From: Blastococcus xanthinilyticus
GTDB taxonomy: Bacteria; Actinomycetota; Actinomycetes; Mycobacteriales; Geodermatophilaceae
Length of the DNA stretch: 24,000 bases
NCBI RefSeq assembly: GCF_008124835.1
Contig: NZ_VNHW01000007.1
Coordinates: 82,172 to 106,171 of the forward strand
Direction: 5' to 3'
Position 1 is the stretch's first letter. Each line of letters starts with the position of its first letter. A program made the position numbers and the translations under genes. Positions 15,942 to 24,000 of the stretch are shown in pieces. The notes beneath the pieces were generated by a model that searched no databases, was not told where the DNA came from, and saw nothing but the letters and a program-made list of their open reading frames with translations.

Positions 15942-16919
15942 TCAGCCGAGGATCGGCTCGTACGCCTGCTGGGTGTCGTCGAGGACCGAGCCGAGCTCGT
16001 CGGCGCCGGCGAACTCCTCGCGCACGTACTGCTCGCCGATCGTCTGGCGGACCTCGTCCTGGCCCAGGCAGGTCTGCAGGGTGTCCTCGAGCGTCGTGAC
16101 GACCTCGTCGGGCAGCCCGGCGGGGCCGGCCAGGCCGAAGGTGGAGCCGGACAGGGTCAGGCTCTCGTAGCCCAGCTCGGCGAAGGTCGGGGTGTCGGGC
16201 AGCCAGGACAGCCGCTCCTCCGACGAGGCGACCAGCGGCTGGAAGGCGCCGGCGTCGATGTTCTCCACGACGTCGGCGGAGGCATTGATGAGGACGGCGT
16301 CGACGTTGCCGCCGAGGATCGCCGTGGTCATCTCCGCGTTGCCGTTGAACGGCACGGCGGTGACCTGGACGTCGTACTCGTCGGCGAGCCGCTGCAGCTC
16401 GATCCCCTGCGGGGTGGAGGCGCCGGGCACGCCGACGGTGAGCGTGCCGGGCTCGGCCTCGGCGGCCTCGAAGAAGTCCTCGGCGGAGGTGAACCGCGAG
16501 CCCTCCCCGACCGCGAGGACCGACGGCACCTCGGACATGACGCCGATCGGGGTGAAGTCGTCCTTGGTGTAGTCGAGGTCGTTGGCCAGCGGGGTGAGGA
16601 CGGTGGTGCCGGCCGTGACCAGCGACAGGGTGTACCCGTCGGGCTCGGCGCCGGCCAGCTCCGTCATGGCGAGGGCCCCCGAACCGCCCTCCATGTTCTC
16701 GACCACGACCGGCTGGCCGAGCTCCTCCTCGATGCAGGCGCCGACGGTGCGGGTGGTCAGGTCGGTGGGGCCACCGGCGCCGTAGGGCACCAGCATCCGG
16801 ATGTCCTCGGTCGGGTAGGACGCCGCGGCCTCCTCGGAGGTGCCCGCCTCGTCGTCGCCGCCGCACGCGGCGAGCAGACCCAGCAGGAGGACGCTGCCGA
16901 GGGCAGATGGAGTGCGCAT
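15942..16919 (-). CDS. tctC: TctC/Bug-family substrate-binding lipoprotein, paralog 2
   Basis: The lipobox is LGLLAAC-G. LVPYGAGGPTDLTTRT, VVVENMEGGSG and AVPFNGNAEMTTAILGGNVDA are collinear with paralog 1 (roughly 55-60% identity by eye). I chose ATG at 16919 (GGGGGAA upstream). The track's start at 16985 adds 22 non-signal-peptide residues. Confidence 0.88.
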   Translation of the reverse strand: MRTPSALGSVLLLGLLAACGGDDEAGTSEEAAASYPTEDIRMLVPYGAGGPTDLTTRTVGACIEEELGQPVVVENMEGGSGALAMTELAGAEPDGYTLSLVTAGTTVLTPLANDLDYTKDDFTPIGVMSEVPSVLAVGEGSRFTSAEDFFEAAEAEPGTLTVGVPGASTPQGIELQRLADEYDVQVTAVPFNGNAEMTTAILGGNVDAVLINASADVVENIDAGAFQPLVASSEERLSWLPDTPTFAELGYESLTLSGSTFGLAGPAGLPDEVVTTLEDTLQTCLGQDEVRQTIGEQYVREEFAGADELGSVLDDTQQAYEPILG

Positions 16920-17005
16920 GTGGTTCCCCCAGGAGGTCGGCCGGCGGCGAACGCAGAGGTCAACGGTGACCCGGCCCACGGTCATGTAAGCACAGCACGC
17001 GGGCC

Positions 17006-17023
17006 GCCGACCGGCCGGTCGGC
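17006..17023. promoter_or_regulatory. Perfect 18-bp palindrome GCCGACCGGCCGGTCGGC between the ThDP-enzyme gene and tctC paralog 2 (operator or hairpin)
   Basis: The sequence equals its own reverse complement, checked base by base. It lies 17 nt after the stop of the upstream gene and about 85 nt before the tctC2 start. Confidence 0.5.
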
Positions 17024-17039
17024 AACGATCCGGACTCGA

Positions 17040-18599
17040 TCAGGAGCCCGGCAGGACGACGTCGATCAGGTGCGGACCGGGCTCGGCCAGCGCCCTCCGG
17101 AACTGGTCGGCGAGCTCCTCCGCGGTCCGTGCGCGGGTCGCCGGGACGCCCATGCCGGACGCCATCGCGGCGAAGTCCAGCTCGGGCCGCCCGAGCTCCA
17201 GCAGGTCCCTCGACCGGGGGCCGGACGCGGCCGCGCCGACGTTGGCCAGCTCGCCCTCCAGGATCCGGTAGGAGCGGTTGCTGAACACCAGCGTGGTGAC
17301 GTCGAGCTGCTCGCGGGCCTGGGTCCACAGCGCGCTGATGGTGTACATGGCGCTGCCGTCGCCCTCGAGGCAGACGACCGGGCGGTCCGGGCAGGCCACC
17401 GCGGCCCCGGTCGCCACCGGCAGGCCCTGCCCGATCGCGCCTCCGGTGAGGGTGAGCCAGTCGTGCGCCGGGGCGCCGGCGGTCGGGCCGGGCAGCTGGC
17501 GGGTGGAGGTCACCCCCTCGTCGACCACGATCGCGCCCTCGGGCAGCAGCGCGCCCAGCAGCCGGCCGATCGCGTCGAGGGTCAGCTCGCCGGTGGGCAG
17601 CTCCGGCCGGGCGGCGGCCTGCAGGGGAGCCTCCGCCGGGGCGCCGACGAGCTCGGCGAGCTGCTCCAGCGCGGCGGGCAGGTCGTCGGCGACCGTCCCC
17701 AGCTCGTGCACCTCGCAGCCCTCGGGCACCAGGCTGCTGGGCTGGTCGGGGTAGGCGAAGAACGACACCGGCGCCTGCGCGCCGACCAGCACGAGGTGCC
17801 GTACGCCGGCCAGCCGCCGGGCGGCCTGGTCGGCGGCGCGGGGCAGCCGCTCGACGGCCGGCCGGCCCGCGCCGCGCTCGAGCCGGGCGGGGAAGGTCTC
17901 GCAGTACAGCGGCGCCCCGATGGCGGCGGCCACCCGGGCGGCGGCGACCAGGCCCCGGGTGCGGGTGGCCCCCGCGCCGACGAGCAGCGCGCACGGCTCC
18001 CCGGAGGTGAGGACGGCGGCGATCGCGGCGACGGCGTCCGCGGGCACGGCGGCCGGGGCCTCGACCGGCCGCGGTGCGGCGACCGCGGCGCCGACCGACC
18101 AGGAGGTGTCGGCGGGCAGGATCAGCGTGGCGATCCGGCCGGGGGACGTGCGGGCCGCCGCGACGGCGTCCGCGGCGTCGGCACCCACGTCGGCGGCGCC
18201 GGCCGACCGCCGCAGCCAGCCGGACACCGTGCCGGCGAGGGCGTCGATGTCGGACTCCAGGGGCGAGTCGTAGGCCTTGTGGTAGCCGGCGTGGTCGCCC
18301 ACCACCGTGACCACCGGCGTCCGGGCGCGCCGGGCGTTGTGCAGGTTGGCCAGCCCGTTGGCCAGCCCCGGGCCCAGGTGCAGCAGGACCGAGGCCGGGC
18401 GGTCGGTCATCCGCCCGTAGCCGTCGGCGGCGCCGGTGGCCACGCCCTCGAACAGGCAGAGCACGCCGCGCATCTCCGGCACGTGGTCGAGCGCGGCGAC
18501 GAAGTGCATCTCCGACGTGCCGGGGTTGCTGAAGCAGACGTCGACCCCGCCGTCCACCAGCGTGCGGATGAGGGCCTGGGCACCGTTCACGTCTGACAC
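17040..18599 (-). CDS. Thiamine diphosphate-dependent enzyme of the acetolactate synthase large-subunit family (IlvX-like, no adjacent small subunit)
   Basis: The N-terminus GAQALIRTLVDGGVDVCFSNPGTSEMHFVAALD is the Pyr domain. GDGSAMYTISALWTQAREQLDVTTLVFSNRSY is the ThDP-binding GDG...N motif of the PP domain. At 519 aa the size is as expected for this family. Confidence 0.88.
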   Translation of the reverse strand: MSDVNGAQALIRTLVDGGVDVCFSNPGTSEMHFVAALDHVPEMRGVLCLFEGVATGAADGYGRMTDRPASVLLHLGPGLANGLANLHNARRARTPVVTVVGDHAGYHKAYDSPLESDIDALAGTVSGWLRRSAGAADVGADAADAVAAARTSPGRIATLILPADTSWSVGAAVAAPRPVEAPAAVPADAVAAIAAVLTSGEPCALLVGAGATRTRGLVAAARVAAAIGAPLYCETFPARLERGAGRPAVERLPRAADQAARRLAGVRHLVLVGAQAPVSFFAYPDQPSSLVPEGCEVHELGTVADDLPAALEQLAELVGAPAEAPLQAAARPELPTGELTLDAIGRLLGALLPEGAIVVDEGVTSTRQLPGPTAGAPAHDWLTLTGGAIGQGLPVATGAAVACPDRPVVCLEGDGSAMYTISALWTQAREQLDVTTLVFSNRSYRILEGELANVGAAASGPRSRDLLELGRPELDFAAMASGMGVPATRARTAEELADQFRRALAEPGPHLIDVVLPGS

Positions 18600-18614
18600 G
18601 CAGGGACCGTAACG

Positions 18615-18635
18615 CGGGCCGCACCGCGCGGCCCG
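18615..18635 (-). other. Short GC hairpin in the 42-nt gap between marR and the ThDP-enzyme gene
   Basis: CGGGCCGC (18615-18622), loop ACCGC, GCGGCCCG (18628-18635). Confidence 0.4.
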
Positions 18636-18641
18636 GCGGTG

Positions 18642-19142
18642 TCAGTGCCGGCTACGGGTGGCGGCGGAGACCCGGGCCAGGGCGTCGGTGACGACGGCGG
18701 CGTCGTCGCCGAGCAGGGTGAGCAGGTGCGCCACGAGCTCGTCGTGGGTCTCCCGGGCCGCCGTCACCCGCTCGAGGCCGGCCGGGGTGAGCCGGGCGTG
18801 CAGCAGCCGCCGGTCCCCCGCGCCGCGCTCCCGCAGCACCAGCCCCTGGGCCACCAGGCGGTTGATCGTGCTGGTGACCCCGGGCCGCGAGAGCCCGACG
18901 GCCTCGGCGACCTCGCCCATGGAGGCCCGCTGGCCGGGGGCGTCGGCGATCCGGCGGAGGGCCTCGAACCCGGTGAGGGAGAGGTCGTGGTGGCGGTGGA
19001 GCGCCGAGTCGACCCGGCGGGTGATGCGGTCGTGCACCTGGACGATGCGCAACCACGTCTCCGCGGGCCGGGGAGCGACTCCGGGAAGAGCGGCGGCGTC
19101 CCGGGGGACACCGCGCGCGAGCGCGTCCTCGGACAGTGGCAC
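18642..19142 (-). CDS. MarR-family transcriptional regulator
   Basis: The winged helix-turn-helix core reads LSLTGFEALRRIADAPGQRASMGEVAEAVGLSRPGVTSTINRLVAQGLVLRERGAGDRRLLHARLTPAG. It has a GTG start at 19142. Confidence 0.9.
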   Translation of the reverse strand: MPLSEDALARGVPRDAAALPGVAPRPAETWLRIVQVHDRITRRVDSALHRHHDLSLTGFEALRRIADAPGQRASMGEVAEAVGLSRPGVTSTINRLVAQGLVLRERGAGDRRLLHARLTPAGLERVTAARETHDELVAHLLTLLGDDAAVVTDALARVSAATRSRH

Positions 19143-19180
19143 CCGGTCATCGTCCCCGGATCAGGGGCCGGTGAAACCGC

Positions 19181-20236
19181 TCAGCCGGTGCGGATCGGCG
19201 TGCCGTCGCGGCGGCCGCCGTGCTGCTGCGTCACGACCGAGACCAGGCCCGCGACGGTGGCCAGCAGCGCGGCCGCGGCGGCGATCAGCGAGGCGAGCGC
19301 GAAGCCGCCGCTCGGGGTCCCGATCGGGCCGGAGGCGGCGGCGACCTGGAGGCCCACCCCGGTGCTCACCGCGGAGTCCGCGCCCACGAGGTCGAGTGTC
19401 GCCGGGCCGGAGGCCAGACGCTCGGGGATGCGGACCTCGACGCGCACCGCGCCCTCGCCGTCGGCCGTGGCGCTGGCCAGCACCGCGTCGCTGCCGCGCA
19501 GGACGACGTCGACCCGTTCCCCGGGGATGAAGCCGGCCCCGCGGAGGGTGACCGTGCCGCCCGCGCGGACCTGGGCCGCGAGCTCACCGGCCCGGGTCAT
19601 CGGGATGCCCACCGGCTCCCCCGTCCGGGACGACGTCGACCCCGTGCTCGTGGGAGCCGTGCCGCCGGCGCCGGCGGGCGTCGTCGTCGGGGTGCCACCG
19701 GGCGCGGTGCCCGGCGTCGTGCCCGGCAGGGTGCCGGGCACGGGGGCCGGCGTGCCCGAGGGGGCGGCGCGGGTGCCCGTGGACGGCGACGAGCCCGGGG
19801 CGGTCGGCTCGATGGTCGCGGTGGGCGGGGCGGGCGGGGGCGGCGGAGGGGAGAGCGCGAGCTCGCAGTCCTCGACCGTCGGCCGGGTGAGCGTGTAGTC
19901 CGCGAGCTCGTCGACGTAGGCGACGCCGGATCCGTCCTGCGCGGTGAACTCCAGCCACGGATCGATGGTCTCGCCGGGCGCGACGTCGGCGGTGCGGAGC
20001 ACGGCGCTCCCCCGCGCCACGAGGACGGCGTCGTCCTCGCCCGCCGGCCGGCGGGTGGTGGCCAGGCGCACGGTGTAGGGGACGGTGCCGGCGGCGACCT
20101 CGACCACGATCCCACCGGGGTGGCAGCTGGGGCCGTGGGTGACCCGGGCGTCGGGCCGCGTCGGGTCGTCGACGGCCCGCGCCGGCACGGCCGCTGCGAC
20201 GGCGGCGGCGAGGAACAGGGCCAGGAGACCGGCCAC
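19181..20236 (-). CDS. Uncharacterised secreted protein with a signal peptide, an N-terminal domain, a Pro/Thr/Gly-rich linker, an Ig-like domain and a C-terminal transmembrane anchor
   Basis: The cleavable-looking signal is LLALFLAAAVAAAVPARA-VDD. The linker reads SPPPPPPAPPTATIEPTAPGSSPSTGT...TPGTAPGGTPTTTP. The second domain, GTVTLRGAGFIPGERVDVVLRG...GAVRVEVRIP, is beta-rich. The C-terminus is FALASLIAAAAALLATVAGLVSVV followed by basic residues, and there is no LPXTG motif. I did not recognise a family. The start is uncertain (see findings). Confidence 0.7.
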   Translation of the reverse strand: MAGLLALFLAAAVAAAVPARAVDDPTRPDARVTHGPSCHPGGIVVEVAAGTVPYTVRLATTRRPAGEDDAVLVARGSAVLRTADVAPGETIDPWLEFTAQDGSGVAYVDELADYTLTRPTVEDCELALSPPPPPPAPPTATIEPTAPGSSPSTGTRAAPSGTPAPVPGTLPGTTPGTAPGGTPTTTPAGAGGTAPTSTGSTSSRTGEPVGIPMTRAGELAAQVRAGGTVTLRGAGFIPGERVDVVLRGSDAVLASATADGEGAVRVEVRIPERLASGPATLDLVGADSAVSTGVGLQVAAASGPIGTPSGGFALASLIAAAAALLATVAGLVSVVTQQHGGRRDGTPIRTG

Positions 20237-20525
20237 GGCACCGGCGGATCGGGCGCTCCGTGCCCCGCGCTCCGACGTCGTCCACGTCGGCGCGGCGGTC
20301 CGCTCCCACCTGCTGGTCAGCCCGAGCTCCCTTTTCGATGCGCCTGAGTTCCAGATGATGCAGGATGTGACGCTTCGTTGCTACCCCGTTACGAGCGTGT
20401 CGCGCGTGTCGTGCGGCGTGTCGCGGATTCGTTCGCCGCCCGGCCGGTCGGCCGTCACCGGGCCGTCACCTAGCCCCCGGCCGCCCCGTCCCTGGAGGTG
20501 AGAGCGGGGTCACTACGGTGACCGC

Positions 20526-21818
20526 GTGGACGAGGTGGGCGTGGGCCGACGACGGCAGAACGAGGTCTACCGGGCGGGGGTCTTCGGGCGCTCCCCCCGC
20601 GTGCCGGTGGGCATCCGGCGGTTGCAGGAGCGCGCGAAGCGGGTCCTCGACGCCCGCGCCTACGCCTACGTGGCCGGCGGCGCCGGCGACGAGGTCACGC
20701 AGCGGGCCAACCGCGCCGCGTTCGACCGGTGGGCCGTCGTCCCCCGCGTGCTGCGCGACGCGAGCGCCCGCGACACGTCGGTCGAGCTGTTCGGCCGCCG
20801 GCTGCCCGCGCCGGTGCTGCTCGGTCCGGTCGGCGCGCTGGAGCTGGTGCACCCCGAGGCCGACGCCGCCGTCGCCCGCGCGGCCGCCGCCACCGGCGTC
20901 CCCATGGTTTTCTCCAACCAGGCCTCGGTCCCGATGGAGGAGTGCGCGGCGGCGATGGGCGGCTCGCCGCGGTGGTTCCAGCTGTACTGGTCGACCTCCG
21001 ACGAGCTGGTCGAGAGCCTGATCGGGCGGGCGGAGGCCGCGGGGTGCGAAGCGCTCGTCGTCACCCTCGACACCACGATGCTCGGCTGGCGGCCGCGCGA
21101 CCTGGACCTCGGCCACCTGCCCTTCGCGCTGGGCAAGGGCATCGCGCAGTACACCTCCGACCCGGTGTTCCGCCGGCTGGTGGAGGAGCGGGCGGCCGCT
21201 ACGACCTCCCCACCCACCCCCGCTCCGCCACAGCCCCGCCCCACCCCGGCGGCGGTCAGGGCGCTGGTGACGATGGCCCGGGCGTGGCCCGGCTCGTTCC
21301 GCGACAACCTGCGCTCGCCGCTGCCCCGGGCCGCCGTCGAGACGTTCCTGTCCATCTACTCCCGGCCCTCGATCAGCTGGACCGATCTGGCCTGGCTGCG
21401 CTCGCGCACGAAGCTGCCGATCCTGCTGAAGGGCGTGCTGCACCCCGACGACGCCCGGCGGGCCCTGGACGAGGGCATGGACGGCGTCGTGGTCAGCACC
21501 CACGGCGGCCGGCAGGTGGACCGCTCGATCGCCGCGCTCGACGCGCTGCCCGACGTGGTCGCGGCGGTCGGTGACCGCGCGCCGGTGCTGCTCGACAGCG
21601 GGATCCGCTCCGGCGCGGACGTCTTCACCGCGGTGGCGCTGGGTGCCCGGGCGGTGCTGCTGGGCCGCCCCTTCGCCTGGGGGCTGGCCCTGGCCGGCGA
21701 GGAGGGGGTGCGCCAGGTGATCGGCGACGTCGTCGGCGAGTTCGACCTGACCCTCGGGCTGACCGGGCACACCGCGGTCGACCAGCTGAGCCCGGAGATC
21801 CTGCGCCGCGTCGCCTAG
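20526..21818 (+). CDS. FMN-dependent alpha-hydroxy-acid oxidase family, lactate 2-monooxygenase-like
   Basis: [85 protein letters not shown] and GRPFAWGLA are collinear with lactate monooxygenase/glycolate oxidase family motifs. The first in-frame start after the upstream stop is GTG at 20526. Confidence 0.88.
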   Translation: MDEVGVGRRRQNEVYRAGVFGRSPRVPVGIRRLQERAKRVLDARAYAYVAGGAGDEVTQRANRAAFDRWAVVPRVLRDASARDTSVELFGRRLPAPVLLGPVGALELVHPEADAAVARAAAATGVPMVFSNQASVPMEECAAAMGGSPRWFQLYWSTSDELVESLIGRAEAAGCEALVVTLDTTMLGWRPRDLDLGHLPFALGKGIAQYTSDPVFRRLVEERAAATTSPPTPAPPQPRPTPAAVRALVTMARAWPGSFRDNLRSPLPRAAVETFLSIYSRPSISWTDLAWLRSRTKLPILLKGVLHPDDARRALDEGMDGVVVSTHGGRQVDRSIAALDALPDVVAAVGDRAPVLLDSGIRSGADVFTAVALGARAVLLGRPFAWGLALAGEEGVRQVIGDVVGEFDLTLGLTGHTAVDQLSPEILRRVA

Positions 21819-21888
21819 GACGTCCCGCACCGGCACGTCCGGGTCGACCTGGGGCTTTCCGCGCCGAGGTCCGATGGAGGGTCCGACG

Positions 21889-21982
21889 CCGCCCGGGACA
21901 CCCCGGGCAGGGGTTGACGGTCGGGTGTGGCGGGGGTCACAGTGGTGTCCGGGCGGGGGTAGCCGGCAACGAGTGGCTACCC
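21889..21982. other. Two adjacent strong stem-loops in the 250-bp convergent intergenic region (bidirectional terminator or small structured RNA)
   Basis: CCGCCCGGGACACC (21889-21902) pairs with GGTGTCCGGGCGG (21944-21956) with a one-base bulge. An alternative local hairpin is GCCCGGG-ACAC-CCCGGGC (21891-21908). It is immediately followed by GGGTAGCC (21957-21964), a 10-nt loop and GGCTACCC (21975-21982). Confidence 0.4.
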
Positions 21983-22069
21983 ACTGCTGGGTAGACCGAC
22001 CAACGCGGCCAGACCGTCAGGACCGGCCCCCCGCCCCCCACTCCTCCACCCCGTCGCGGACCCGTGCGG

Positions 22070-24000
<1,931 letters not shown>

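Noticed and set aside
9517-18596. Very long + strand ORFs (9517-11067, 11064-12098, 11894-14524, 15750-18596) opposite the GT2-GmhB, CoA-transferase, TctA and ThDP-enzyme genes
   Set aside because: The reasoning is the same as above. The composition is low-complexity (runs of R, G, D, H, Q), there is no family resemblance, and well-supported genes cover them fully on the other strand.
20466-21836. 456-aa minus-strand ORF covering the whole lactate-monooxygenase-like gene
   Set aside because: It is antisense to a gene with strong FMN-oxidase motifs, and its own translation is Arg/Gly/Pro-rich with no motifs.
21819-22069. tRNA or the actinobacterial 6C RNA in the long convergent spacer
   Set aside because: There is no GTTCGAATC-type T-loop and no cloverleaf. 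C-rich loops exist on the minus strand, but I cannot align them to the 6C two-hairpin consensus from memory. I kept the region only as a low-confidence structured-region finding.

Overview
This is a high-GC, densely coding actinobacterial-type chromosomal segment, and the taxon assignment is inferred from composition and protein families only. I found no tRNA, rRNA, CRISPR array, transposase or integrase. About 21 real genes explain the window. The many long Arg/Gly/Pro/Ala-rich ORFs on the opposite strands or in alternate frames are GC-driven shadow ORFs.

Gene order:
- 2-88 (+): tail of an unidentified CDS, followed by a strong terminator.
- 265-1254 (+): UDP-glucuronate decarboxylase (UXS-type SDR).
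- 1373-3004 (+): membrane-anchored solute-binding-like plus von Willebrand A protein.
- 11025 down to 3119 (-): a seven-gene operon with GT2-GmhB fusion, GT9, GT-B glycosyltransferase, GT4, GmhA, HldE and GT9. It encodes every enzymatic step to ADP-D-glycero-beta-D-manno-heptose plus five glycosyltransferase domains, linked by five consecutive 4-nt start/stop overlaps.
- 19142 down to 11265 (-): a co-directional block of MarR, IlvX-like ThDP enzyme, two tandem TctC binding proteins, TctB, TctA and class I CoA-transferase subunits A and B.
- 19181-20236 (-): an uncharacterised secreted, C-terminally anchored protein with a Pro/Thr linker.
- 20526-21818 (+): a divergent FMN-dependent lactate 2-monooxygenase-like alpha-hydroxy-acid oxidase.
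- 22070-24000 (-, 5' end outside the window): a class A penicillin-binding protein with a PASTA domain and a 117-aa Pro-rich tail. The tail contains 22 consecutive prolines encoded by a perfect (GGC)19 microsatellite.

The best candidate for an undescribed system is the ADP-heptose/heptosyltransferase operon. It sits in a lineage that has no LPS, and no acceptor, flippase or epimerase gene is visible in the window.

Several strong intergenic RNA or DNA structures are also reported:
- a tandem 29-bp hairpin repeat
- an intra-operon hairpin
- an 18-bp perfect palindrome
- phased direct repeats in a divergent promoter region
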